DNA of 63,605 nucleotides, the filler included, from Squatina squatina (Eukaryota), in assembly GCA_031763465.1 (NCBI GenBank). It is 4 parts of 4 records of this genome, joined end to end, with 100 filler letters (N's around TTAATTAATTAA, not from the genome) between each part and the next. Parts side by side here need not be neighbours in the genome. Positions count along the whole stretch, not along the records: positions 1 to 17,996 come from JARFOE010000203.1; positions 18,097 to 31,351 come from JARFOE010000001.1; 2 more parts are not named here. One strand, given 5' to 3'. Shown here one piece after another: positions 11,810 through 24,264 of the stretch. A program made the translations under genes and the position numbers. The stretch's first letter is position 1, and the number at the start of each line of letters is the position of its first letter. The notes under the pieces are model-generated. The model saw nothing but the letters and a program-made list of their open reading frames with translations. It searched no databases and had not been told where the DNA came from.

Positions 11810-13584
11810 ACTTTGTTCTTCTGTGAACCCATTTGGGTGTATTTTCTGTTCATTGACAGAAAATCACGACAACACCTCGGGGGAGGCTCTCCACCAGGAA
11901 TACCATTTGTACAATCAACCACAGGCACTATAATGTTATTAAAGTAGGTACTTTCTACAATCCCTTGTCCCCATTAGTCTATAATCATATTGTACTGTGT
12001 TTTGACATCACATTGCTTGTTTTGCCATTTTATTTACCTTTTTTTTTCCTGGATGTGTGTTCTTACTGATTTCAGTTCCCTAGTGTTCACGGAGTAAGAA
12101 CTTATGTATTTTTTCATAAATTTGATGAACCTTTAGTTTGAACCAAAAACATGATCAGGTTTACAATGTTCTATTATTATAGATAGTACATATTATGAGA
12201 AAGAATCTTCATACATTCTACATTTTTGACTACAATTCTGTCTCCAAATCTCATGTTTAGTAATCTTTTTTCATACCATCAAAGATGAGGATTGTAGGAA
12301 ATGGTAAATACTTTGTACAGTCAATCAATCCATCATATAGTTAAGTGTACAGTATGTGCATGTAAGCTTCATGCCTAACTTGAGAACTTATTGTAACTTC
12401 AGGATAATTAGTGATCAGATGGTCAGTGTGTCTGATAATTAAAAAAAAAAAATCATTGTGGATGTGTTCCAAATAGCCAAAGAATAAGTTAAATCACAGC
12501 AATTTGGTCGCTGCTTGATATATACAGTAGTAAAGGCTTTCTTGAATTTTGTTATTAGTGTGCTTGAATGATAATTTAAAAAGAAAAGAAAATAATTTAT
12601 ATTTCTTGCACCAGATCTATTCACTGTGCTATATTTAATTTGATTTTTGAAACCAAATAACTTGAAAGTATGCCACAATGTAGGGACTAATAGGTATAAT
12701 TTATTTACTGTTTTTATAATACAATTTCCTTCTGTACAATTTAAGAACATACTGATCACGATTTTATTCTTTCACCAATTTACAGTGATGTTGACTCCAA
12801 TATAATACAGCAATAGTTTAAACAAATTAAACCAAATGCAGTCTTAGTCATAGAAATTAATCAGCTTTATTACCTTAGAATTAGCTTATCTCAAACAATT
12901 ACATTCAAAGGACCTTGATTGCCAATTTTGTTCTACCCAGTTTCAGCTGCATGTACGATTTGCATATTAAAAGGGCCTACTGCCTGTCCCGGGCATGCGA
13001 TCCAACCGCCTAGTCTTAGGGCCTTGGGAATATAGTGCCAGTCACACCATCGGTGGGAAAGGGGTGCTAAGTAGTAACATCCCCCTTGCCATTTCCACTG
13101 GGCAAGGGCTTCAAAATTTCTCCTAAAGCATTGGGGGAAGTCGTCAATAATTAACACCATAAATTTTAGGAGGAGTGATTGAAGTGAAGGAATCTAAAGT
13201 TATGCAGTTAATCTATGATCTCCCACAGATCTGGAAACCAAGCATCTTAGGCACTACATTACAAGGACAGGGTCACGAACTGTTTATCATGCAATGCATG
13301 ATGGCACATTAGTGGAGAAAAATGCCCTTCTATATATTCTGTCCCAGGAAAGTGACTGGAAATAAAAGGAAAAGGGAATTGTAAGAATTTGGTTTATTTG
13401 TATTCTGTGCTTGTGTATCCCGTCCTTTGTTCTGTGTCCATACATATGCTTTCATATGTATATAATTTGTAGTTAATGGTCTGGATTAGTGCCTTTTGAC
13501 AGTAGACTGTTATAGAACCCAATTTATAGTTTTTGTATATTTTCATTAATTGAATTTTTGGTTAGTTCAAATTTTATTTACCCC

Positions 13585-13629
13585 AATAAAGCAATAAACA
13601 TATTCAAATGGACTTGCTGTTGTTTTTGG
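13585..13629 (+). terminator. tandem polyadenylation signals (AATAAA x2) with downstream GU-rich element
   Basis: AATAAA at 13585 and 13593, TGTA motifs and U-rich sequence upstream, and ttgctgttgtttttgg downstream. Confidence 0.55.
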
Positions 13630-14133
13630 AAAGACTTCAAAGAATTTCTCAATTACTTGTAAAGTCATTGTTCTTCCTGACTTTATAAAAATGTTTCCAA
13701 ACGAAATTTAAATCCCCAATTTTAATCTCTGCTTTTTTTTTAAAAGGACATTTTAGGAGAGATCTGGGAGCACATTCTTATTTTGGCTCTCTACATGATT
13801 TGCAAATGCAGAATTTAGAAGCCAGGATAAAAAACAATCTGAAGCAGAAGTATCCTCACACTCTTTGAATCTGATGGGGTATCACAGGGCACAGTGCCAT
13901 CTTACTGAAGAACTATTCTCAGAAGAGTTTAAATGCAAGAGATTGGTTATCCACGTATACTTGCTGCAGACTGCCCTTCTGTAGTGCAAAAGTATCTTTT
14001 TTAAGTGCCCAATTGATATGAAACTTGGCCTGGATATTTTATTAGCTTTTATACTCTAAAAGCATCAGAAAATATTACATCAATTTTTAATGAAGAGTAT
14101 CTGTAAAAAGAAAGCTTTTTTTAAAAAAAGTAT

Positions 14134-14139
14134 TTTATT
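14134..14139 (-). terminator. PPIE: PPIE polyadenylation signal
   Basis: AATAAA on the minus strand about 115 nt after the PPIE stop, followed by U-rich sequence. Confidence 0.55.
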
Positions 14140-14254
14140 TTGCATGTTAAAGTATTTACAAAAATCTTCACATCAGTTAGGAAACTTTACAGATAACATT
14201 GAAAATAAGAAAAGGATTGAAATGTCCTGCGGCTATGTCTTACGGCCGCTGGAG

Positions 14255-14323
14255 TCACACATACTCTCCACAGTCTGAGATTATCACTTTCTGCTTTGGT
14301 TTTCCATCTTTAGAACCTTGAGC
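14255..14323 (-). CDS. PPIE: cyclophilin E (Cyp33), last coding exon
   Basis: Acceptor ttttattttccAG. Translates [22 protein letters not shown], the PPIE C-terminus. Confidence 0.95.
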   Translation of the reverse strand, partial: AQGSKDGKPKQKVIISDCGEYV

Positions 14324-14530
14324 CTGGAAAATAAAAACATTCGTTATATTTGTTTCAAGGGAAAGGTCAACCTCAGCTAAACATCCTGAGAAAACTCAAT
14401 TGTTCATTCAAGATTTCTTTTGTTTTAAATNNNNNNNNNNNNNNNNNNNNNNNNNNNNNNNNNNNNNNNNNNNNNNNNNNNNNNNNNNNNNNNNNNNNNN
14501 NNNNNNNNNNNNNNNNNNNNNNNNNNNNNN

Positions 14531-15010
14531 GGCTCCACATCGGAGGCTGACACTTCTGCTGCAATTTCAGCCCAGGTGGCCCAGTGTACAGCTGGGACAG
14601 CCCTTCTCTCAGATGCTGGGCAAAGCTGCCCCTCCTATTTTCCACCTCAGAGACGAAGACCTCAAGCGCTTCATCTGAGAAACGGCAACTCCTTGTTATA
14701 GATGACATGTTGGCAAAAAAATTCTGGCCAAAGAAGCTGCAGAAGTGTGAGCAAACAAGCTTTTATATGAATGAGGGCAGTGGGAATGCAATTGAACAAC
14801 GAGCTGGGTCACCTGATGGAGCTGTGATCAGTCAAGAGTAGGCCCTTACAGCGCCTCCAGTCAGCTGTCAGCGCCTCCAACAGCGCCACACCTGGTCAGA
14901 ATTAAAATGTTAGCCAATTTTGCAACTCAGACGCTATTGATGCTGGGCGCTGTTGGGGTGCTAAAAAGTGTGGCAGTGTTTGAAACGTGACGGCAGCCAA
15001 TTTCGGGCCC
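14531..15010 (-). mobile_element. PIF/Harbinger transposon remnant with Myb/SANT-like ORF fragment
   Basis: MSSITRSCRFSDEALEVFVSEVENRR and, after a frameshift, ATWAEIAAEVSA fit the NAIF1/Harbinger Myb-like pattern. A GGGCCCGAAATT terminus-like sequence ends at 15010. Confidence 0.65.
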
Positions 15011-15082
15011 ATGGTTTCTTAAGCGCAGAAAATAAGGTGCCAAGAGGGCGGGGCATAGCATTATGCAAAGATGGTGGTTCCC

Positions 15083-15285
15083 ATGATTACAGGCAAGAAA
15101 AGGAAAATTGATGCTGAATATCGAGTCTCAAAAGCTCTTGGACCAATGATTTTTTTGTCATCGAGCACAACAGGTCCATATTGTGTCTGATATGTCAAGA
15201 GAAGATTTCAAAGAATATAATATCAAGCGACATTATTCTACGAAACACGCTAGCAAATTTGACAGCATCAAAGGTCAGGTGAAGA
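15083..15285 (+). mobile_element. hAT (SPIN/Charlie/GTF2IRD2-like) transposase N-terminal remnant
   Basis: Three frameshifted pieces: MITGKKRKIDAEYRV / WTNDFFVIEHNRSILCLICQEKI / FKEYNIKRHYSTKHASKFDSIKGQV, forming a BED-like CxxC...HxxxH finger. Confidence 0.8.
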
Positions 15286-17363
15286 CAGCGGCTATATAAA
15301 TGCAAGTCTTTCTTTTCTTTCTTATTTTGGGTAAACAGTACATTACCCGAAGTCAAGTGCTTTCATTCCCAGCTTTGCTTGGGAAGAAAAAATACGGGCT
15401 TTAAGCACTGTCATTTTTATTGTAATGTTAATATAAAAGATGGAGCAGGGTGGAAGCATGATATTAGGATGGCCACCCTTCTGGTTTTGAACTGAACACT
15501 CCAGTTTTGAGGTCAACAAGCCTTTTTTGTAGCTGAAAGCCAAACAGTAAAGGTTTAGTTTACCATGCTTGTGTTTAAAAAGAAATACTCCAGGGGTGTG
15601 CAAGCAGGCCATCTGCTGCTTCACACACGCACAATGGGTTTCTCTGTAGCCTCAACAACTGTAGAGATTTGGATTGGGCAAAAAGCATTATATTGAAGCC
15701 CCAGGGTGCTGTGCCATGGAGTGTGAGGATGCTCATTTCTGTTGCACTTCTCATATGCTGCTGTCCCTTCAGGTGAGATATGAGGAACTGCCTGGTGCTT
15801 CCTCACAGGGAAGGAGGGAGGTGGGAAAACCAGACAAGTCACAGTGCCTCACAGTGACTGTCTGAAGAATATCATTAGCAGAGGCTTGCAAAGACTTGTG
15901 TTTGTTCCTTTGATCAAGTTTGTGCATACTGGTTCAGCAAATTTATCCAGTGAGTAATTAAACGACACCTCCAGTCCCTGGGAGTTAGACCACAGAGGAG
16001 AGATGGTGGAGGGGGATGGCTTGGTTTACCCTGTCAAACACCACAGAAAGATTGAGGAGGGGGAGGGGATAGTGTGCCGTGGTCACAGTTGCAGAAGTGT
16101 AATTTGTGACTTTGACTAATGAGGTCTCAGTGCTAAGGGCAAGGCAGAAACTAGATTGCAGAGATTTGAAGAGGGTCTACAACTAAAGGTTTATTTTCAT
16201 CACACATTTTCCCTGTTGCACACACATGCACATGCATAATTTTGGGTGGGGAGACTGTGGTTGAGAGTGAGACCTTGACAAAGTATTTGCAAATCAGCCG
16301 TACACAAGTCCAGAATGTGAAGGATCAACACGCAGTCTGACGACTTGCCTATCTTACGTGATAATAGAGTATGATCACACCGTGTCCACTGATTTACTAG
16401 AAGTCTCTGGCGGCTGGTGAGCACTGCAGAGAACTAAGTGTATATTGACAGAAATATGATAATCATTATTTCACAATGTATTTCTTAGACTGTGTCTAAC
16501 CTGAACTTCATCTGCTGTGCGGAAATTATGATGATGCAACATACTGCAGTTCAGTGTAACATAACCCAGCTACATTGCTCATGTGTACAAGTACAATCTC
16601 CAGAGCTGCAAGGACTTGTCTGTTAACTGTAAGATGATTAGAGCTGGTCAGCCTTCTGCACAAAAAAAAAGTCCTGGCCATAACATACCTATGAGTATGA
16701 CCCTGACTGCATTGTGCAATATCTCGCATACTCTGCTTGGGAGAGTGTGTATGTCCTTTCATACTGAGAGCAAAATCTGGTGTGATGGCCTCCACAATCA
16801 AAGCCTGCCAATGTTGTCCATCTAGGATTACCCAGAACACTGGCCACGTGGGCACAGCATCAAAGGACTTCTCGCACCTGCGGGATCCTGCTGCAGCTCA
16901 AAGAAAGGGGGGGGGGAAATCGGGGAAAAAAATAGCAATTTGACTTAAACAAACTGAGAAACTGCTGTAATACAATTCATGTTAAGTATTTTACCTACTC
17001 ACTGAGGGATTTTATGCGCAGGTCAGGATTTATTTTTATAAACATATTAAAAGAAAACTGACATGTAACCATAGCCAACTTACATCTACAAATAAGCCAA
17101 CTTTAATAACATAACTTTCCATTATCTTTACTATTCAATAGCAGAAAGGCAGGCCTCTCATTTGCTGTTTACAGGTAAACAGACCAATGGATTGACCAAG
17201 GACATAAATAACTGAGAAGCAGACCAAGATCAGCACTACATATTTCACTGCTATAACTGTGTCCAACTGTTTCTGTAGGATGGGAAGCTACAGGTTATGC
17301 AGTAAGTTTATATTTTAATCTAGAAGCAACTGTACTATTTCCAAAAAGTGAAAATCACTGTAC

Positions 17364-17549
17364 CTGGCGCCAAGTGTTTCAGGATAAAGTTTTCATCATC
17401 AAACTTCCTGCCGTAGATGGATTTCCCTCCAGTCCCATTGTGATTGGTGAAGTCGCCACCCTGGCACATGAATTGTGGGATGACACGATGGAAACTGCTG
17501 CCTTTAAACCCAAATCCTTTCTCGTGTGTACAGAGACAACGGAAATTCT
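17364..17549 (-). CDS. PPIE: cyclophilin E, PPIase-domain exon (186 bp)
   Basis: Acceptor ttattccAG and donor G|GTACAG. Translates (E)[61 protein letters not shown](G). Confidence 0.95.
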
Positions 17550-17996
17550 CTGGAATAATTTTTTTTTTAATATCCACATACGAACAATTTGTGGAATCTT
17601 AATAAACTATAATAATTATTAAGGAAATCACTGAGTCATAAGTGTGATGATAACAATGCTTAGTTTACAACCAGATAGTTATAGATCTTCAATAAAATCA
17701 GAAAATGCTGGAAATAAACAGTAGTTCAATCAGTTTCTCAACTGGGATCTTTCCGATAAAAGTCACAACCTTCAGAGAGAAAGGGGAGAAAGTTTGGAGC
17801 AGGATAACTTTCTCCCCTAGACTAGGAGCCTCCAAGCTTTTTAGTCTTCCCAGCCTAGTTTGGAGTACATCATGGTGAGCCGCATATACAGTTTAAATCA
17901 ACGTTCGCTGTATCTCAAGCTGTGTATTCTAACCGATCTTGATGTTTTGATTTAGGATTTTTACACCAATCTCCAGACCCATGAAATTCAAAAAGG

Positions 17997-18096
17997 NNNN
18001 NNNNNNNNNNNNNNNNNNNNNNNNNNNNNNNNNNNNNNNNTTAATTAATTAANNNNNNNNNNNNNNNNNNNNNNNNNNNNNNNNNNNNNNNNNNNN
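17997..18096. other. artificial scaffold-joining linker
   Basis: N44-TTAATTAATTAA-N44, which has stops in all six frames. Identical to 31352 and 49358. Confidence 0.95.
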
Positions 18097-18099
18097 AAA

Positions 18100-18900
18100 T
18101 ATGCCTTGGTCGGTCAGTCAGTGGCTACAGAGGAGTTCCGGGCTTTCCCCAGAGCACCACTCATCTGCTGCATTTGGGAATCTATTCAAGCCCCGCTAAG
18201 GAAACCTGGCCAGCAAACTGGACAGAGCTGAAGGTAAACGTCACTGCTTGTCTTAGGTGCTGGACACGGCTTGTGTCAGTGCAGCCCTACACGGGTCGAG
18301 CACTGGTTATAAACCAACTGATGGTTGCTAGATTATGGTACTGGCTTTGATCCCTCCCCCTGAATATGTCACCAAAATCCTGCAGATATACATGCACGTG
18401 GAAGTTCCTCCCAAAAGGCAAGCTCTGGCAGTTTTTTTTTCTGCCAGATGCAGGGCCTGAACTATGACAGGCAGCTCTTTTTTTGCAAAATACACAAGTC
18501 TTTGCAGGAGCAGCCTGATTTCTATCGGACCTAATTGGAGTCTGGAACATGCTTGCCATCAGAAGCACTCCCCCCGTCCATGGTAGCAGCTAAGTGATCA
18601 GAGCCACTCTGCTGAAACCCACATCTCTGTGTTCATAGCTGGCAGAAAGGAGGACAGAGTCGGGAGCGTACTGGATGGCAGTTGAGCAAGTTGGATGTCG
18701 CCAGAGAGGTTGGCTGGCCGGATGTCCTGGTGCTATGTCTGGCCTGTGGTCAAAGCCATCCAGGTGCTGAAAGTCACGCTGGGGCCCGATGCCACTTGGT
18801 GTTTTGAGGAGGCTCAAGCACATGGAACGATTCCCTCTGATCTCGCCCGCATGCAGACAGAGGTAGTCATTGCTGCATGGCCCCAGGTTCAAAAATGTTC
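18100..18900 (+). mobile_element. Tx1-clade non-LTR retrotransposon ORF2 remnant (post-RT region)
   Basis: Frameshifted pieces STTHLLHLGIYSSPAKETWPANWTELKVNVTACL, TGRALVINQLMVARLWYWL, PPPEYVTKI, QMQGLNYDRQL and LQEQPDFYR match Tx1-like ORF2. Confidence 0.75.
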
Positions 18901-20759
18901 AAATAGTCGGATTTCAGATGAACTCAGGTTTCTGATCATGTAGGTGGAGTCTGTGTCTTAATGTACTTTGTCCCTGATGTTGAGTAGTAAATGATGCAAT
19001 GATCTGCAAGACTGTTCTTCTTAGTTTCGGGTCTTGAGAAATTTGTATTGGAGGCTTTCGATCAGAGTTTCTCTCTATTGGCGTTCTTTTGTTGTATGGC
19101 AAATGTTTTTATATCTTTGTTTGTGAAAATGTATTGCTAAGATTTAGTCTAGATCTCACTATACACACACCTCACTCAAATTGTAGTGCTAATCTCTACA
19201 TCATAACATTGCTTCAAGAGCCAGTTCTGCAGTACGAGTGCTGTAGAATTCATCTGGCTTCCTTTTGGAATAGATTCCACAGCACCTAAAGATGTGAAAG
19301 TTACATTCTGTAATAATTTTCTGGCCACCTGCCTTTGCCTGACAGTTAGGGAGGGCTCACACACAAGCCAGCTATTGAGAGTGCATTACTAGTCTATTAG
19401 TGTGGACCAAACCACTTGGGCTGCCTGCAGCCAAAAAAGACAACTTTCTTTGCTATCAGAAACACTGTTTGCATCGCGACTCACGCACTGTAGCCTCGCT
19501 AACATTATAGTAAAAAGTGGATTTTTAATTCAACACCAAGGGGAGATATTTCACCTTTTCAGATAAAATAATCTGTCTGGGCACTGAAGGATGCTTATGT
19601 CACTGTGATTTTTAGTATGCAAACAGATATTAAGTTCTACAAAATTTATACTCATACAAACAGCAGTTTTCAGAGCCACACAGTAAGTTTTCCATTTCTT
19701 TCTTTGGGGACTTCAACTTCCCCAATATTGATTGGAAACTCTGTGGATCGAGTTGTTTGNNNNNNNNNNNNNNNNNNNNNNNNNNNNNNNNNNNNNNNNN
19801 NNNNNNNNNNNNNNNNNNNNNNNNNNNNNNNNNNNNNNNNNNNNNNNNNNNNNNNNNNNNNNNNNNNNNNNNNNNNNNNNNNNNNNNNNNNNNNNNNNNN
19901 NNNNNNNNNNNNNNNNNNNNNNNNNNNNNNNNNNNNNNNNNNNNNNNNNNNNNNNNNNNNNNNNNNNNNNNNNNNNNNNNNNNNNNNNNNNNNNNNNNNN
20001 NNNNNNNNNNNNNNNNNNNNNNNNNNNNNNNNNNNNNNNNNNNNNNNNNNNNNNNNNNNNNNNNNNNNNNNNNNNNNNNNNNNNNNNNNNNNNNNNNNNN
20101 NNNNNNNNNNNNNNNNNNNNNAGTGCACTTTGCGTTACTGTCTCACCAGGCTTTATGTATCCGTTCATTTCCTGGGACTTCTGAATTGGTATAGTTTCAT
20201 TTTTAAGTCTTCTGATGAGCAACTACAACAAAAGGAAAAAGCTAAAAAGAGAATCGCAGATCCAAATGCCTCATTACTAAGCTGATATGTATTCAGAAAC
20301 CAGACAGATCCAACCCTCATTTTTACTAGTCAAAGACTAGTAAATGTGCACTCAGCCACAGGAGCATTTGGGACTTGGAAATGTACTCCTCCCCAGCCTG
20401 ATTATTTGAATTATTCATTCATAGATTCAAGATAGTGGTTTAAAACAGCCTAAAGACAACCTTCAAACACTGAAGCCATAAAAAAGACTATCATAGACCA
20501 TGCAAATGATCACAAACAGTTAAAATCTTATGGAGATCATCTTTATGTGTGGTTGTAAAACTTCAGTCAATTTAAACATATTTTGCATATTTCAGGACTG
20601 AACTGTTGAATACTTTTTCAGAAAAAAATAAAGATGATCTCGACAAGGTATACACTTTAGAACTGTTCTTATCCATTTCTACTGATAAAACTAGCCAAGG
20701 AGAACTTTGGACTTGCCGTTGCCAAAATGCTAGTGGAGAAATTGGCCTGTGTCACTTAC

Positions 20760-21384
20760 CTGAGTGACACCANNNNNNNNNNNNNNNNNNNNNNNNNNNN
20801 NNNNNNNNNNNNNNNNNNNNNNNNNNNNNNNNNNNNNNNNNNNNNNNNNNNNNNNNNNNNNNNNNNNNNNNNNNNNNNNNNNNNNNNNNNNNNNNNNNNN
20901 NNNNNNNNNNNNNNNNNNNNNNNNNNNNNNNNNNNNNNNNNNNNNNNNNNNNNNNNNNNNNNNNNNNNNNNNNNNNNNNNNNNNNNNNNNNNNNNNNNNN
21001 NNNNNNNNNNNNNNNNNNNNNNNNNNNNNNNNNNNNNNNNNNNNNNNNNNNNNNNNNNNNNNNNNNNNNNNNNNNNNNNNNNNNNNNNNNNNNNNNNNNN
21101 NNNNNNNNNNNNNNNNNNNNNNNNNNNNNNNNNNNNNNNNNNNNNNNNNNNNNNNNNNNNNNNNNNNNNNNNNNNNNNNNNNNNNNNNNNNNNNNNNNNN
21201 NNNNNNNNNNNNNNNNNNNNNNNNNNNNNNNNNNNNNNNNNNNNNNNAGAGGATAGATCCAAGTACACTAGATTATGGAGCTTGGCAATATCAGGTGGAA
21301 TGCGTGCAAGGTTGTTGTCATTCAGATGCAGTGCAGTCAAGTGTGTCAAAGACCACAGCGAAGTACTCAAGCTCCTCACTTTAC
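20760..21384 (-). CDS. CNOT6L: CCR4-NOT deadenylase subunit 6-like, LRR exon (interrupted by N gap 20773-21247)
   Basis: Acceptor tcttttcctgatgcAG and donor AG|GTAAGT. Translates (G)KVRSLSTSLWSLTHLTALHLNDNNLARIPPDIAKLHNLVYLDLSS...VSLR. Lies next to MRPL1, as in mammals. Confidence 0.92.
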
Positions 21385-22513
21385 CTGCATCAGGAAAAGA
21401 AAGAATTTAGAAATACAAAAACTTACGGTGAGCTTATCTAGACTGGAATTTTGAAATAGTCAAACATATATTGACTGCATATCGTGAAATATGTGTTGCT
21501 GGTTACCCATCAGAATTCTGGGATTATGTGCCTCTTTACCTAACAATCCTTTAGAGACTCCAAAGTTAATGTGGGCATTTGCAATCAGCTAGATTTCTGG
21601 TATGTGGTCATGGCAACTTTAGAAATCCAGAATAAATGTTCAGGTAGTACTGCTTTATCCTTCTATCTGCAAAAGCATATATTATTTTGTGTTAGTAGCG
21701 ATTGTTGGTTGGAATCTTGGAATGACAGGGAGTGGGGGGCGGAGAAGGTGGGACTTCACAGCTGGCACAATCCATGCCCATCTGACACACAGGCACTGGG
21801 CAAAAGTAGAAAGCCAGTGCTGCAGGTGCCACCTGTCGCATTTGTATCACTGCCACAATGGAGATCAGCCAGCTCCACACAGATCAGGGATAGAATCTGG
21901 GGCAGTTGAGATGTATAATCTATGTACAATGTATAAACTACATTTCATCTACTGAGCGATGGAAAAACTACACAACAAATTCTAAGAGGCACTGTCTTTA
22001 AAATGGAAAATAGCCAAAGAGCTAAATATCATTTTAGTCTCCATATCATTACTTGCAATCCACAACACAAAAATGGCATGAAGTGACCACAAAGCTGTCT
22101 GGTGAGAGAAATTGTAGCACAGGTGAGGATCTTCTGAGATTGTAGTTAAGGACCCTTTTTAGGACACAGACTAGTCTCTAGATCCAACTTACGCCCTGCT
22201 TGATGCAGAGAATGGTAGCCTGGGACATGAAGCACAAGAGCTCCTCACCATCATACTTATTTTAAGTCGTCATTGCTCGTTACCTTGAAGAGACACACGA
22301 TGTGTTCTGAAGACAAGAACGAGATTTAATTCAAGAGGTGCTTTTAAAAAAAAATTACATTTTGTTTCCTCTAACTTTCTCCTTTTCTCTCTTTCTACCC
22401 TGAAGGCACCAAAACTTGCTGTGGTACGGTTAAGAGAACGTCGACAACCTTTTGGTACTTTTCCCAAGTGGTCAGTCTCCATAGAAACAGACGGCTCTTT
22501 GAAAGAGCTATCC

Positions 22514-22618
22514 AATTAGTCCCACATCCCCACTCTTTCCCCATAGCCCTGCAAATGTTTCCCCTTCAAGTATTTATTTCATTTCCTTTTGAAAGTTATT
22601 ATTGAATCTGCTTTTACA
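22514..22618 (-). mobile_element. CR1 LINE fragment
   Basis: ctttccccatagccctgcaaatgtttccccttcaagtatttat is the reverse complement of the CR1 ORF2 end. Confidence 0.7.
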
Positions 22619-22881
22619 ATGGATCAGCCCAAAAAGCATTTTCAAGTTTAACGCTTGCTCATTTTGTTGCAATAGCTACTTTTTATATTATTCTTATGCN
22701 NNNNNNNNNNNNNNNNNNNNNNNNNNNNNNNNNNNNNNNNNNNNNNNNNNNNNNNNNNNNNNNNNNNNNNNNNNNNNNNNNNNNNNNNNNNNNNNNNNNT
22801 GTTTGATCTTTAAAGGGGGCTGATGGTGACGCTCCTTTTGAAATGTTCACATAGAGTTCTGTTTGCACTATTGTCTTTAAA

Positions 22882-23170
22882 CTGAGACCCCAGCCACCCT
22901 CTCAGGTGGGTGTAAAAGATCCCATGGCACTATTCAAGGAAATGGGGCAATCTCCCAGTGTCCGGGCCAATATTTATCCCTCAGTCAAGACCACTTAAAC
23001 AGATCATCTAATAATTTATCTCATTGCTGTTTGTGGGACCTTGCTGTGTACAAATTTAGTTGCCATGTTTTCCTACATTACAATAGTGACTGTATTTCAA
23101 AAGTGCTTCACTGCCTTTGGTACATCCTGAGGTTCTGAAAGGTGCTGCACAAGTACAAGGTTTTTTTTTC
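22882..23170 (+). mobile_element. Deu-domain SINE (SacSINE1/AmnSINE1 superfamily)
   Basis: gtaaaagatcccatggcactatt...ggccaatatttatccctca...cattgctgtttgtgggaccttgctgtg...cctacattacaatagtgact, plus an L2-type tail. Confidence 0.85.
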
Positions 23171-24264
23171 TTTCCTTGATTAATACATTTAAAATAAACA
23201 AGTTCAAGAGTACGGTTAGGTTGTGCATCTAGGAATTTATACAACCTCATTAACAGGCGCAATAAAAATGAAGTACAAGGGAATCTAAACCCAATCGAAA
23301 GTAAACTTTCATCCCACTGACCTAGGGTGGACTTTACATATCAAAAGTGATAGGAAAGCATGCACCACCCGGTCTCCCTGTTTATGTACGTACTCCCTAA
23401 TCTCCACTAAAGTTACAAGAATTGTTGGGAACAGGAAAAGATCACTGGGCCCAGCAATCTTGTTCATTTTTCAGTCTGTAATGGGCGACATCACATCACA
23501 TGGTAATGCGGGAGTGTTAGGCTGGGAGCTGCAAGTCTCCAATTCCATCAACAGGCAGATAAGACAGAAAGGTTCACTTTGTACCAATATTATTTTTTAT
23601 ACCAATACTATTTTGCATTCAGAGATTTCAAAAGCGTGTCTGGATTGATCCAATCAGATTAATTAGAGTATAATTGTTTCATGGTCGGAGAACTTTGCAC
23701 ATTAAAACACCTTTGTCATTTTCAGGATCCAGCTCAGAAACACCCAGCATTTCAAAAATAGCTTGCAACTGTAACAAAGTGCATGATATTTGTGCATTCT
23801 GATGTATCATTTTTAATATTATAGGATATATTTTAGAGCTTCACCTCTGCAGATCTTCTCCACCCAAACCTAAAAATATAGAAATTCCAAATAATTATTT
23901 TAATTGCTTCATTTGTTTACAACTCAGAATGGTTTTAATATAGTAGTACATTTACATTTACATATCTAATAGTTTGAAAAAAATCTACTTGTCTGACTGG
24001 ATCTTTTGATTAAAAGTAAGATCCTTAGTTGTCAGGTGATTTAACAAGTCATTACTTTGGTTAAACAGTATACTACATGAGAAACCCTCAGTAACTTTGG
24101 TGAGATTTCATTAATTGTATAATTCCTGATTGGATCACTCATGAGTTGTGAAGAAAGCTTAACTTGTGAAATTTAATTAAAAACACAAACTAGTTCCTGT
24201 ACGGTGCTCTGTATTTGCAATGCAAAACTGTTGGATAATTTTCCACTTTTTTTCCCAATGATAG

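Noticed and set aside
18041-18052. TTAATTAATTAA palindrome as a regulatory or recombination site
   Set aside because: It is centred in N runs and repeated identically three times, so it is an artificial linker.
20322-20344. 10-bp inverted repeat tttactagtc-aaa-gactagtaaa
   Set aside because: An isolated short AT-rich hairpin in an intron, with no supporting context.
19605-21441. Long ORFs of 145-227 aa in the ORF track
   Set aside because: Their length comes from N runs. Only the CNOT6L exon part is real.
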